Positions 1-10,116 are shown, numbered from the stretch's first letter. The stretch is 64,000 nt of DNA from Anolis carolinensis (GCF_035594765.1 NC_085842.1:157183036-157247035); one strand, 5' to 3'. Made by a program: numbers and translations. Notes: a model not told the origin generated them from the letters alone.

Positions 1-57
1 AGAAGCAACTTGCAGTTTCTTAAGTTGCTCCTGACATGGAAAAAAATCAGTAATAAT

Positions 58-310
58 CATAGAATCATAGAATCATAGAGCTGGAAGAGACCTAAGACCC
101 AAGAGACTTTCTTCAAGAATACACAATCAAAGCACTCCCAACAGATGGCCATCCAGCCTCTGTTTAAAACCCCCCCAGAGAAGGAGGTTCCACCACCCTC
201 TGAGGCAGCATATTCCACTGCTGAACACCTCTTACCATCAGGAAGTTCTCCCAAAGTTTGGGTGGAATCTCTTTTCCTACAATTTGAAACCATTGCTCTG
301 TGTCCTAATA
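58..310 (-). mobile_element. CR1 LINE 3' end fragment
   Basis: (ATTCTATG)n-type tail on the minus strand at ~58-78; degenerate CR1 ORF2 C-terminus (RFxxNxRKNxLTVR..QWNMLP..LDGHL-like). Confidence 0.75.
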
Positions 311-941
311 TCCAGACCAGCAGAAAATGCTCAAAAATTGAAATACTTGAAAGCCTTTTATCCAAGATGTTTGCCAGAGCAGAAAATGGCAGCGGTATCA
401 TTAGGGGAATGCAGGGGAACAAACACCACCGGGTGATACCATCAGAGGGGGTAACACCAAAAGGACTGTCTATAATAGTTTTATGCTGTGTTTCAGCAGA
501 CATTTATGAGTTTTTAAAATTAAAATATCCCTGTAGTTAAAACTATAATTGCAAAAACATTACTGAATGCCCCCATTGATGTGTGCTGTCTCAATATTCC
601 TGCCAGGCTAACACTCTAGGCTAATGTATGACTTAAACCTTCTAATGCACATATGCTATAATCAGAGCTGCCATTATTACCCAATTATAATGATGCTTTG
701 AATTATATATTGCAAGTACATGCTTTGTGTTCTTAGAAGCTTTTTTTAACAGTCGCTGATTTTTTCATTACACTCAATGATATATGGGAAATATGAATTA
801 CAAGTAATACTAGTACAAAAAATATGTTAATGGCCTAGCATGAAGGCCATACTCAGTGTCACAACTGAGAAAGGGCCAAAATTACATTACACCGGGCATG
901 GGGAGCCTCAGGTCTTGAGACCAAATAGTGACTTTGACTAA

Positions 942-1088
942 GGCCCCTTCACATAGCTGAATAAAATCCCACATTTTCTGCTTTGAATTTGAAATATATG
1001 GCAGTGTGGACTCAGATAACCCAGTTCAAAGCATATTGTGGGATTTTCTGCCTTGATATTCTGGATCATATGGCTGTGCGGAAAGGCC
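942..1088. mobile_element. ~150-bp non-autonomous DNA transposon (Harbinger-like MITE)
   Basis: GGCCC(C)TTC...GAA(A)GGCC inverted ends; same body as copies at 1266/10185, 27618, 40402, 57621. Confidence 0.7.
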
Positions 1089-1350
1089 TAGATTTACTCT
1101 CTATATATCTTGTTTTGCATACATTACAAGGCAATAACCACGATCCCCCTTCTAGAGCATGAAGTCAATGAAGTACTGAAGCATGTTTTTTTTTTCTTTT
1201 GGGAAAGTCTTTACCCATTTGTTGATTCTTCATTTTGGGGAGAGGCAGTTAATGGCCACCTTTGAGGCCCGTTCCACACAGCTGTATAAAATCCCACATT
1301 CTCTGCTTTGAACTGTGTTAAATGGTAGTGTGGACTCAGATAACCCAGTT

Positions 1351-2068
1351 TGTTCCGTCCCCCAGGACGATGGTTTGCCTTACTTATTGGTCGTTTGTTT
1401 GTTTTCCCTCCTTTGCATTTTGTTTCAGCCTCTGGCTGCAAAAGCCCAGGAAAGGTGGCTTGAAGTCTGCAAGAGCTGGCTGCAGTTTTCTTTGCAATGA
1501 TTGGTCAAAGAGTACAACATCTTAGGACCGCCCTTTTTACCAGGGTCTAGTCTCCATTTTAGAGTTTCATTCTGGCTATAGTCTTCCAACGTGCTGGAGC
1601 TGTGCAAGGCTAACTGGGACAAATCATCCTCAAAACCAGGCCAATCTAAGCCTATCCAAATTAGATAAGTATTGAATTATACTGATCTGGAATAGGAAAT
1701 CTAGTTAGAGGAGCAGGGTTATTCCATCGCTTCTAGAACTAATCTTTGCTGTAAAGATAGGGAAGGAAAGAGTTTCTCCTTCTAATATAGACAGCGTGAT
1801 TAGGGTATAGTGGTTTTATAATCACCTTTGCCTTCTGGAACCAGGGATAATTCTGCAACTAAAACCTATGGAAATTTGTTTCATTTTCTGCAACTTTAAG
1901 ATCTGTGCCAGGTTTACAACCTTGTATGAATAAACATCCTTTTTTGAAGTTCTCCAGACTCAGTCGTTCAATATTTTAGGACAGCTTATAGGGATTTGCA
2001 GTTCGCCCGGATAAAGGACGGCACGTTTCAGCTTTATAGTTTTTTTTTATTGTCTGGCGGACGGCACA
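1351..2068 (+). repeat. 5' LTR (718 bp)
   Basis: Matches 9399-10116 with no difference seen; imperfect terminal inverted repeat TGTTCCGTCCCCCAG / CTGGCGGACGGCACA; AATAAA at 1929-1934. Confidence 0.97.
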
Positions 2069-2082
2069 GTTTTGAGGACGAT
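2069..2082 (+). promoter_or_regulatory. Non-canonical primer-binding site complementary to LTR 1623-1636
   Basis: GTTTTGAGGACGAT directly follows the LTR, lacks TGG, and pairs 13/14 with ATCATCCTCAAAAC. Confidence 0.6.
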
Positions 2083-2421
2083 CAGCGGTTTTCCGCTTGA
2101 GCTAGCCTGCACGGCCATAGAGACTTTGATTTTGTTGGTCTGTTGCAGTGAAGCTTGCTGCCATTCCTTCAGCCTCTGCAGTATCCTGCTCTTCAGCTGC
2201 GGCTGTTTCTGCAATTGCACGGCTGTGCAAAACCCAGCAATCTACCCCGAGCTCCTTCGGCGGCAGGTATCGAGCCGCGGAGCTCCAGCAGCAGTCTTTG
2301 GGCTCACACAGAGGTGGTGAGTCCAGAAGCACCAGGCCGGGACCCAGATAAGCCTGGCAACTCCAAAAGAAAGTTCTGGCTGAGTCTTCACAGTGGCTAG
2401 GATCTCGGCCGGGACAGTCGC

Positions 2422-2593
2422 CCGGCGGTGGTGACCTGCCTCATGGTCCGGCGGTGGTGACCTGCCTCATCATCCTGCGGTGGTGACCTGCCTCATTGAC
2501 CTGCGGCGGTGACCTGTCTCATCATCCTGCGGTGGTGACCTGCCTCATTGACCTGCGGTGGTGACCTGTCTCATCGTCCTGCGGTGGTGACCT
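2422..2593 (+). repeat. 26-bp tandem array (~6.6 copies) in the BEL 5' leader
   Basis: Units start at 2422, 2448, 2474, 2500, 2526, 2552, 2578; core CCKGCGGYGGTGACCTGYCTCAT. Confidence 0.95.
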
Positions 2594-2973
2594 CCCTTCA
2601 CAGCGGGGAGGAGGCGTCTCTTCTCTCCTCCTCTCCAAAGCCAGCCTCGGTGCTCCTTCGGCGGCAGGCCTCGAGCCGCGGAGCACAAGGTGCTTGAAAA
2701 TTTGGCGAAGTCACCATTTTGGCAGTTTACGTCACTCGGGCAAGGGAGGTATCAAGTGGCAAGTTGCTGTCAGTTGGCATTTTGCAGCTTGCCTACCAAA
2801 GTTTGGCGCCAAAGGTCACAATCTTTGTAAAGTATAGTTACTTAGTGATATATATTGCTATGGTTAAGTGCTGTGAATTGTATTATATATTGAATTTGCT
2901 TTTATTGTAAATTTACTTGCAGGTATATTGCATTTGCCTTTGTTGTAAATTTACTTGCTATTAAGAATACATA

Positions 2974-5900
2974 ATGTCTATGCAATTTCAAGATGATGCA
3001 GATGGTATACCTCCTTCTGAGGCTGAAAGTAGGAATGAAAGGCCCCAAAGGATAAAGCACCCTTCAGCCAAGATGCTAGCCCATCTAATAGATGAAAAGG
3101 AGCTCCTCCATGTGAGGTTAGGTTCGGCATGGGAGCGAATTGTAACATTAATGGACAGAATTGAGAGCTTGGGTATTACAAGGGTGCCATCCATATTACA
3201 GACAGACCTTGAAGAGACCTTCGGTATTTGGAGGGGTTTGGTGTCTAAGATAGTCCAGGTCCTCGAGCGCATTAACGCCAAGGATTCAGAGTTAGAAATA
3301 GTGAGTGTCTTAGCTGACACTAATGAGAAAGAAAATAAGGTGAGGGCAATTCTAGATGCCTTGGAATTTAGTTCTCCATCTGTTAATCTAAGGTCTGAGC
3401 CAAAAGGAAATCAGTCTTCCTTATGCAGCCATGAGACCAATCTTTTAAAATCACCTGCTGTGGCACTTAGTCTTAAGTCCAACCGCTCTAGCCAGGTATC
3501 TAAACTAAGGGAGTGTGCATCATCTAAACATAGCCACTCTAGCAAGTCTTCTGCTGCTGGGAGTGCCATCTCTTCCCTAGCTGCCTTGCACATTAAGGAG
3601 GCTGCACGTCTAGAGCTAAAGAGCAAGGTAGCGGGGGCGGAGGCTGATGCTAAGGCAGCTGATCTCACCCTTCCCTTTAAAGAAGAAGAGCAACGACTGC
3701 AAATAGAACAGGCCCGTAGACAAAGCGAAATGCAAATGGAACAGGCCCAAAGGCAAGGTGAAATAGAAATGCTTAGAATAAGGATGGATGCTACTGCCAA
3801 AAAGGTAAGGGCTGAGACTTTGGCCAAGGCCCTAATTGAGCCACTCACAGAAGAAAATGTAAGTCAGTTGCCGAAGCAGGACCCTTCTTCCAAGGTGCTT
3901 GTGCATCTTAATAGCTTAAACAGCCAGTTTTCGGATGAGGAACAGGAAGACTTCTCTCCTTACCCAGAGCAGGGCCCCAAAGTCACTTTTGAGTTTCCTG
4001 CAGAGCAGAGCGTCATAGCGGGGAGCTCACCCTTGCCCGAGCTATCTGTGCCTCCTGCTAAATCCCTAGGTCAGTCAATCAGGGCCTCAAGGCCAAGTGC
4101 TAGTTGGCCCTTACAGACAGCTGCACAGGGAGCCACCGATTCGTCAGTGGTCGATGTCATCCCTCCAAGAGGCCAAAGGTTGACGCAAGGTGCACGGTGG
4201 GAGTCCACTCCACAACAGCAAACTCCTCAATTGTTCCCTTCGACGCCAGAGTCCCAGCTTGTCTCCATCATCAGAAGCCCCAGAAGAGATCTTAAGGACA
4301 AGGGTGTCGAAAAGTTTTCGGACAAGCCTGAGGAATTTCTTCTCTGGAAGGCCACCTTCCAGAGAGCAATCAGAGACTTAAAGTTATTGCCTGAGGAAGA
4401 ACTGACTCTTCTGGCTGCATGGTTGGGCCCAGCCTCATCCTCACAAGTTAAGAAGATCTACGCAGCCCACGTAGCCGATCCCGACAAAGCCCTGGAAAAG
4501 GCCTGGGCCAGGTTGCAGCAGAGGTATGGGGCCAGCACAGAGATTGAAGCATCTCTTATGGACAAGCTCCAAAGGTTCCCAGCTTTGAAACTCAAAGACT
4601 TCAAACTCTTGTGGGACCTCAGCGATCTCCTTACGGAATTAGAGTCGGCCAAGGAGAATCCAGAACTGCCCGGTTTGAAGTGCCTCGATCAGCACCTGTC
4701 CCAGAGGCAGATCTTGACCAAGCTGCCCTTCACTTTGCAAGAACGCTGGGGACAGGAGGTCTTCAACTACAAGGAGGCCCACTCCCAGGCATACCCTCCA
4801 TTTTCTCATTTGGTCCAGTTCATCACCAGGGCGGCCAGAGAAAGGAATGATCCGCAGACGGGCCTCCCCACCTTATACCAAGGGACCCAGCCAGAGAAGG
4901 CACCTAAAGTGGAGAAAAAACCATCCAGAGAGGCCAAAAGACCGGTTAGTGTTAAGGCTGTTGAAACTCAGCACAGGGCCAACGAATCCAAGTCAGAGGT
5001 GAAGGAGGTGCTCTGCCCCATTCACCAAAAGCCTCACAGTTTGGCCAACTGCCGGGAATTTGGCAAGAAGCCTTATAAAGAAAGACAACAGATTGTTCAG
5101 AAGCTGGGCATATGTTTTAGGTGCTGTGGAGCTACTCCTCACTTTGCATCCAACTGCAAAGAGGACGTCAAATGCGCAAGGTGTAACAGCCTTAAGCATT
5201 GCACCGCGATGCACAACTCTGACGCTGTCTCCCACGCCAAAGGGGACACGTTTTCTAAAAAAGGGTCATCTACTGAAGCCACCAACACGCAGGCCGCGTC
5301 ACGGATGCAGGAGGATGCTCCATCGGTCGCCTGCACTAAACTATGCTCTGACGCGCACCAGCTTAGAGTCTGCCATCCCATCTGCCTAGCAGATGTATAT
5401 CCAGCCAGAAGACCTTGGCTTAAAAAGAGACTTTACGTGGCTTTGGATTCACAAAGCGACGCCTCCCTGGCGACTCCAGAGTTTTTCCAACTGTTTGACA
5501 TAAAAACCCAGACGGTCGACTACACCATGTCCACCTGTGTAGGGAAGAAGAAGTTGCAGGGTCGCATAGCATCCGGCTTTGTTGTCTCCTCTTGTGACCA
5601 GAAGAGACTGTTCGAGTTACCAGACCTCATTGAGTGTTCCTCTATTCCCCGGAACAAAAGGCAGATTGTCACCAGAGAAGTCGTGGAAGCCCATCCTCAC
5701 TTGCGAAAGCTGAAGAACGCCTTACCTGCTTTCCGTCCAGATGTGGACATTGCCCTTCTGCTTGGTGCGGACTGTCCGAACTTGTTCTATGTGAACGACC
5801 AAGTTAAGGGACCTCCAGGGGCGCCCATTGCTCAGCTGCTACCACTAGGCTGGACAGTTACAGGCCCGGTGTGCATAAATAGGATGCACCCTCCATCGTC

Positions 5901-8900
5901 GGTGGGCACTCGTCAAGCGCACGTGCTTCAAGGCAGTCGCCCCACACTAATGCATAGCTGTTTGAGTCATATCTCGGTCTATTGTCAGGGGATAACACCA
6001 GAGTATTCTTCCATCTTTGAAGTCTCCGAAAGGGATGAAACTACAGCGCTTTCCAAAGATGAACAGAGGTTTTTAGAGATCATGAACTCTCAAGTTTCCC
6101 GGAGTCCCGAGGGAAATTGGATAGCCCCTCTGCCTTTTAAAGCAGAAAAACCCACTTTGCCAAACAACAGGCATGTGGCAGAAAATAGACTCTGGTCACT
6201 GAAGAAGAAGATGCAGAAAGACCCCAAGGTAAAGGAGCAAATCGTTGGCTTTATGGAAGACATGTTCCAAAGTAACTACGCCGAGGTCTCTGATCAAAGT
6301 GAGGTCAATGAAGAAAACTGGTTCCTGCCTTTCCATAAAGTCACGCATCCCCAAAAGCCTAACAAGGTCCGAATTGTATTCGATGCCAGTGCCGCATGCC
6401 AAGGCATTTCTCTTAATAATGTTTTGCTAAAGGGACCAGATCTTTTAAACAGTTTGCTCGGAGTCATCTTGAGATTTAGAGAGAAAGAGTTTGCTGTTAT
6501 TGCAGACATCCACAAGATGTTTTACGCCTTTTTAGTTCGTCCTGATCATCGCAGGTACCTCAAGTTTTTGTGGTACGCGGACACTCAAAATTTGTGTGAC
6601 GTTCGGGTTTTTCAGATGCGCGTACATGTCTTTGGAAATACCCCGTCTCCAGCCGTTGCAAACTACTGCCTCAAAAGAACCGCAGATGAGTTTGGGCACC
6701 AGTTCAGTCCAGAAGTCGCCAGCATAGTTAACCACAACTTCTACGTGGATGATCTTCTGGTTTCGTTTGACTCCGTTCATCAAGCCATCCAAATAGTGCA
6801 TGAGCTGCAGGCTTTGTTAAAAGGTGCCAACATTCGCCTGCACAAACTATTATCCAACAGCAGACAAATCTTGCAAGCCTTTCCCTCCGAAGACTTAGCG
6901 GAAAGCAATGTTCATGAGTTATTCAAAGGGTTAAGCTCCCAGTCTAGTTTAGGACTTCTCTGGGATGTAAAATCGGACCATCTTTCGTTAAGAGCATCTA
7001 AATTTCAGTTTGTGAACACTAAGAGACAGATGCTTTCCGCCATCAATGGGATATTTGATCCCTTAGGCATAGCTGCTCCTGTCCTGATCACTGCTAAACT
7101 TCTGTTCAGACAGGTGATCCAAGAAAAAATAGGATGGGATCAAGAGCTGTCTCAATCAATAAAAACGGCTTGGTCAAACTGGACTGCCCAAGCTGAAGGC
7201 CTGGAAACCATCGCAGTTCCCAGACAATTTGCGCCCTGTAAGGTAATGATAGAACCCACCACAGAACTTCACATCTTCTGTGACGCATCTGAGCGAGCTA
7301 TAGCAGCTGTGGCATACATGCGACAAAAGGACAGAGATTTTTGTCACGCAGGATTCATCATGGCAAAGGCTAAAATAGCTCCTATGGGAACTTCAATACC
7401 CCGGCTGGAATTGTGTGCAGCAGTTCTTGCTGTCCAGCTCTGGCGCATCATCCAGCAAGAGATAGGAGACTTGTTTCAAGATGTCCATTTCCACACGGAC
7501 AGTACAGTTGTGCTTGGTTACATCAACAACACAACCAAAAGATTCAAGGTGTATGTGGCTAATAGAATCAACAACATTCTATCCAGTTCTACGCCTAGCC
7601 AGTGGCACCACGTCGCCACCAGCAACAACCCAGCTGACATCGCTTCCAGAGGAGCTTCAACTCAACGAGTGTTAAGTTCAAGTTGGCTGACAGGCCCCAG
7701 ATGCTTGACCGAAGTCAATTTTCCATCAGCCTTTTCTCCCACCGATATTACAGAATTGCCCGAGTCCGTTCCAGAGGTGAAAGTTTGCAAGATGACCACA
7801 GAAATCAAGATGGGCCAAAGATCTTGCCTGGAACCACACCGTTTTGAATGTTTTTCGGAGTGGCACAGTCTTCTTAGAGCAGTTGCTAGGCTTATACATC
7901 GTTTAGCTTGCAAAGATAGTGAGCCTTTACAGGTCCAGGATATGATAAAGGCTAAGAGCGTCATATTCAAGTCAGTACAGAGATCTGCTTTCAAGCAGGA
8001 AATAGCTAGGCTAGAGCAAGGGCTCAACATCCCTAATCAAAGTCTTCTAAATGAGTTAAACCCATTTCTAGACAAGGAGGGTATTTTGAGAGTTGGAGGA
8101 AGGTTAGCCAAAGCTAAACTCAAGGCGTGCATAAAAAACCCCATCATCATACCCCCTAATAGTCACACTGCATTGCTGCTCGTTCGGCATCACCATGAAA
8201 GGATCCATCATCAGGGTAGAACTCTAACTGAGACAGCCCTTAGAAATGAAGGTCTGTGGGTAGTTAATGCCAAAAGGTTGGTCAACAGTTGTATTTTCAA
8301 ATGTGTTAAATGCAGGCGCCTTAGGCGAAACTGTCAAAGTCAGTTGATGGCAGAACTACCTCAGGATAGGACTTTGACAGACCCACCCTTTTCCCATGTG
8401 GGAATCGATGTGTTTGGTCCTTGGGAGGTTGTCACTAGGAAAACCAGGGGTGGTGTTGTAAATAACAAGAGGTGGGCAGTTTTGTTTACTTGTTTAGTAA
8501 TACGAGCTGTCCATATAGAAGTCATAGAAGGGATGGACACTTCATCATTTTTAAACGCATTAAAAAGGTTCATAGCCCTCAGAGGGCCAATTAAGTCAAT
8601 TCGGTCGGACTGTGGCACCAATTTTGTAGGTGCGACCAAAGAACTCAATTGTGTGTCTAGGTTTGGGAGAGACCCAAAGGTTCAGAACTTTACGAATACT
8701 GAACAAATTATGTGGACTTTCAATGTTCCTCACGCCTCCCACATGGGTGGTGTTTGGGAGAGGATGATTGGTATTAGTCGCAAAATCCTTAATGCCATGC
8801 TTTTGAGTCATAGGTCATTGACGCATGATGTTTTGGTGACACTTATGGCGGAAGTTACCGCAATTATCAACAACCGGCCGCTGGTTCCCCTTACCAGTGA

Positions 8901-9309
8901 CCCTGAGAACTTACAACCACTGACTCCTGCACTTATTTTGACACAAAAGGTGCCAGGATGGAAGGACATCATGTTGCCAGTTCCGGACGGAACTCACCGT
9001 GCCCTGTGGAAACAGGTGCAGTCCTTGGCCAACCACTTTTGGAAAAGGTGGAAAGCTGAGTACTTAAGCCAGCTTCAAGCTAGAAGAATCTGGCAAAGCC
9101 CACAGGACAACATTGAGGTTAACAACGTTGTGTTGTTAAAGGACAAAGACTTGCCCCGCCATGCATGGCCCATGGGCATTGTATTAAAGACCTTTCCTTG
9201 CCCGGATGGTAAGGTCAGGAAAGTTCAATTAAAGACTTGCAACAGAGACAAAGTGTCCATTTTGGACAGACCAATTAGTGACCTCGTGTTGCTTATTGGA
9301 GATGTTTAA
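2974..9309 (+). CDS. BEL/Pao Gag-Pol polyprotein (2111 aa)
   Basis: Three Cys/His knuckles (CPIHQKPHSLANC, CFRCCGATPHFASNC, CARCNSLKHCTAMH); aspartic protease LDSQS; RT VFDAS/GPDLLN/YVDD; Pao RNase H FCDAS/TDS/NPADIASRG; integrase HHCC plus IDVFGP/SDCGTNF/WERMI; no stops or frameshifts. Confidence 0.97.
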   Translation: MSMQFQDDADGIPPSEAESRNERPQRIKHPSAKMLAHLIDEKELLHVRLGSAWERIVTLMDRIESLGITRVPSILQTDLEETFGIWRGLVSKIVQVLERINAKDSELEIVSVLADTNEKENKVRAILDALEFSSPSVNLRSEPKGNQSSLCSHETNLLKSPAVALSLKSNRSSQVSKLRECASSKHSHSSKSSAAGSAISSLAALHIKEAARLELKSKVAGAEADAKAADLTLPFKEEEQRLQIEQARRQSEMQMEQAQRQGEIEMLRIRMDATAKKVRAETLAKALIEPLTEENVSQLPKQDPSSKVLVHLNSLNSQFSDEEQEDFSPYPEQGPKVTFEFPAEQSVIAGSSPLPELSVPPAKSLGQSIRASRPSASWPLQTAAQGATDSSVVDVIPPRGQRLTQGARWESTPQQQTPQLFPSTPESQLVSIIRSPRRDLKDKGVEKFSDKPEEFLLWKATFQRAIRDLKLLPEEELTLLAAWLGPASSSQVKKIYAAHVADPDKALEKAWARLQQRYGASTEIEASLMDKLQRFPALKLKDFKLLWDLSDLLTELESAKENPELPGLKCLDQHLSQRQILTKLPFTLQERWGQEVFNYKEAHSQAYPPFSHLVQFITRAARERNDPQTGLPTLYQGTQPEKAPKVEKKPSREAKRPVSVKAVETQHRANESKSEVKEVLCPIHQKPHSLANCREFGKKPYKERQQIVQKLGICFRCCGATPHFASNCKEDVKCARCNSLKHCTAMHNSDAVSHAKGDTFSKKGSSTEATNTQAASRMQEDAPSVACTKLCSDAHQLRVCHPICLADVYPARRPWLKKRLYVALDSQSDASLATPEFFQLFDIKTQTVDYTMSTCVGKKKLQGRIASGFVVSSCDQKRLFELPDLIECSSIPRNKRQIVTREVVEAHPHLRKLKNALPAFRPDVDIALLLGADCPNLFYVNDQVKGPPGAPIAQLLPLGWTVTGPVCINRMHPPSSVGTRQAHVLQGSRPTLMHSCLSHISVYCQGITPEYSSIFEVSERDETTALSKDEQRFLEIMNSQVSRSPEGNWIAPLPFKAEKPTLPNNRHVAENRLWSLKKKMQKDPKVKEQIVGFMEDMFQSNYAEVSDQSEVNEENWFLPFHKVTHPQKPNKVRIVFDASAACQGISLNNVLLKGPDLLNSLLGVILRFREKEFAVIADIHKMFYAFLVRPDHRRYLKFLWYADTQNLCDVRVFQMRVHVFGNTPSPAVANYCLKRTADEFGHQFSPEVASIVNHNFYVDDLLVSFDSVHQAIQIVHELQALLKGANIRLHKLLSNSRQILQAFPSEDLAESNVHELFKGLSSQSSLGLLWDVKSDHLSLRASKFQFVNTKRQMLSAINGIFDPLGIAAPVLITAKLLFRQVIQEKIGWDQELSQSIKTAWSNWTAQAEGLETIAVPRQFAPCKVMIEPTTELHIFCDASERAIAAVAYMRQKDRDFCHAGFIMAKAKIAPMGTSIPRLELCAAVLAVQLWRIIQQEIGDLFQDVHFHTDSTVVLGYINNTTKRFKVYVANRINNILSSSTPSQWHHVATSNNPADIASRGASTQRVLSSSWLTGPRCLTEVNFPSAFSPTDITELPESVPEVKVCKMTTEIKMGQRSCLEPHRFECFSEWHSLLRAVARLIHRLACKDSEPLQVQDMIKAKSVIFKSVQRSAFKQEIARLEQGLNIPNQSLLNELNPFLDKEGILRVGGRLAKAKLKACIKNPIIIPPNSHTALLLVRHHHERIHHQGRTLTETALRNEGLWVVNAKRLVNSCIFKCVKCRRLRRNCQSQLMAELPQDRTLTDPPFSHVGIDVFGPWEVVTRKTRGGVVNNKRWAVLFTCLVIRAVHIEVIEGMDTSSFLNALKRFIALRGPIKSIRSDCGTNFVGATKELNCVSRFGRDPKVQNFTNTEQIMWTFNVPHASHMGGVWERMIGISRKILNAMLLSHRSLTHDVLVTLMAEVTAIINNRPLVPLTSDPENLQPLTPALILTQKVPGWKDIMLPVPDGTHRALWKQVQSLANHFWKRWKAEYLSQLQARRIWQSPQDNIEVNNVVLLKDKDLPRHAWPMGIVLKTFPCPDGKVRKVQLKTCNRDKVSILDRPISDLVLLIGDV

Positions 9310-9388
9310 AGTTCTAGTGTTTGTATTGTCATATGTGCAAAGGTGTTTGTATGTTTTTGAGTGGTAAATTCCCACATCCTGGGAATTT

Positions 9389-9398
9389 AAGCGGGGAG
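9389..9398 (+). promoter_or_regulatory. Polypurine tract
   Basis: AAGCGGGGAG immediately before the TG of the 3' LTR. Confidence 0.8.
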
Positions 9399-10116
9399 TG
9401 TTCCGTCCCCCAGGACGATGGTTTGCCTTACTTATTGGTCGTTTGTTTGTTTTCCCTCCTTTGCATTTTGTTTCAGCCTCTGGCTGCAAAAGCCCAGGAA
9501 AGGTGGCTTGAAGTCTGCAAGAGCTGGCTGCAGTTTTCTTTGCAATGATTGGTCAAAGAGTACAACATCTTAGGACCGCCCTTTTTACCAGGGTCTAGTC
9601 TCCATTTTAGAGTTTCATTCTGGCTATAGTCTTCCAACGTGCTGGAGCTGTGCAAGGCTAACTGGGACAAATCATCCTCAAAACCAGGCCAATCTAAGCC
9701 TATCCAAATTAGATAAGTATTGAATTATACTGATCTGGAATAGGAAATCTAGTTAGAGGAGCAGGGTTATTCCATCGCTTCTAGAACTAATCTTTGCTGT
9801 AAAGATAGGGAAGGAAAGAGTTTCTCCTTCTAATATAGACAGCGTGATTAGGGTATAGTGGTTTTATAATCACCTTTGCCTTCTGGAACCAGGGATAATT
9901 CTGCAACTAAAACCTATGGAAATTTGTTTCATTTTCTGCAACTTTAAGATCTGTGCCAGGTTTACAACCTTGTATGAATAAACATCCTTTTTTGAAGTTC
10001 TCCAGACTCAGTCGTTCAATATTTTAGGACAGCTTATAGGGATTTGCAGTTCGCCCGGATAAAGGACGGCACGTTTCAGCTTTATAGTTTTTTTTTATTG
10101 TCTGGCGGACGGCACA
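9399..10116 (+). repeat. 3' LTR (718 bp)
   Basis: Direct repeat of 1351-2068, followed by TSD CAGTT. Confidence 0.97.

Larger units (their letters stand above)
1351..10116 (+). mobile_element. Full-length BEL/Pao LTR retrotransposon
   Basis: Two 718-bp LTRs (TG...CA), 5-bp TSD CAGTT (1346-1350, 10117-10121), single Gag-PR-RT-RH-IN ORF, PPT before the 3' LTR. Confidence 0.97.

Noticed and set aside
2422-2593. CRISPR-like array
   Set aside because: Head-to-tail tandem units without unique spacers, in eukaryotic DNA with no cas genes
2988-8811. Many antisense and alternate-frame ORFs within gag-pol
   Set aside because: Short shadows of the coding frame with no recognisable motifs
9310-9398. 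env-like third ORF in the BEL element
   Set aside because: Only 89 bp between the pol stop and the 3' LTR; the short ORF 9321-9548 mostly reads LTR sequence
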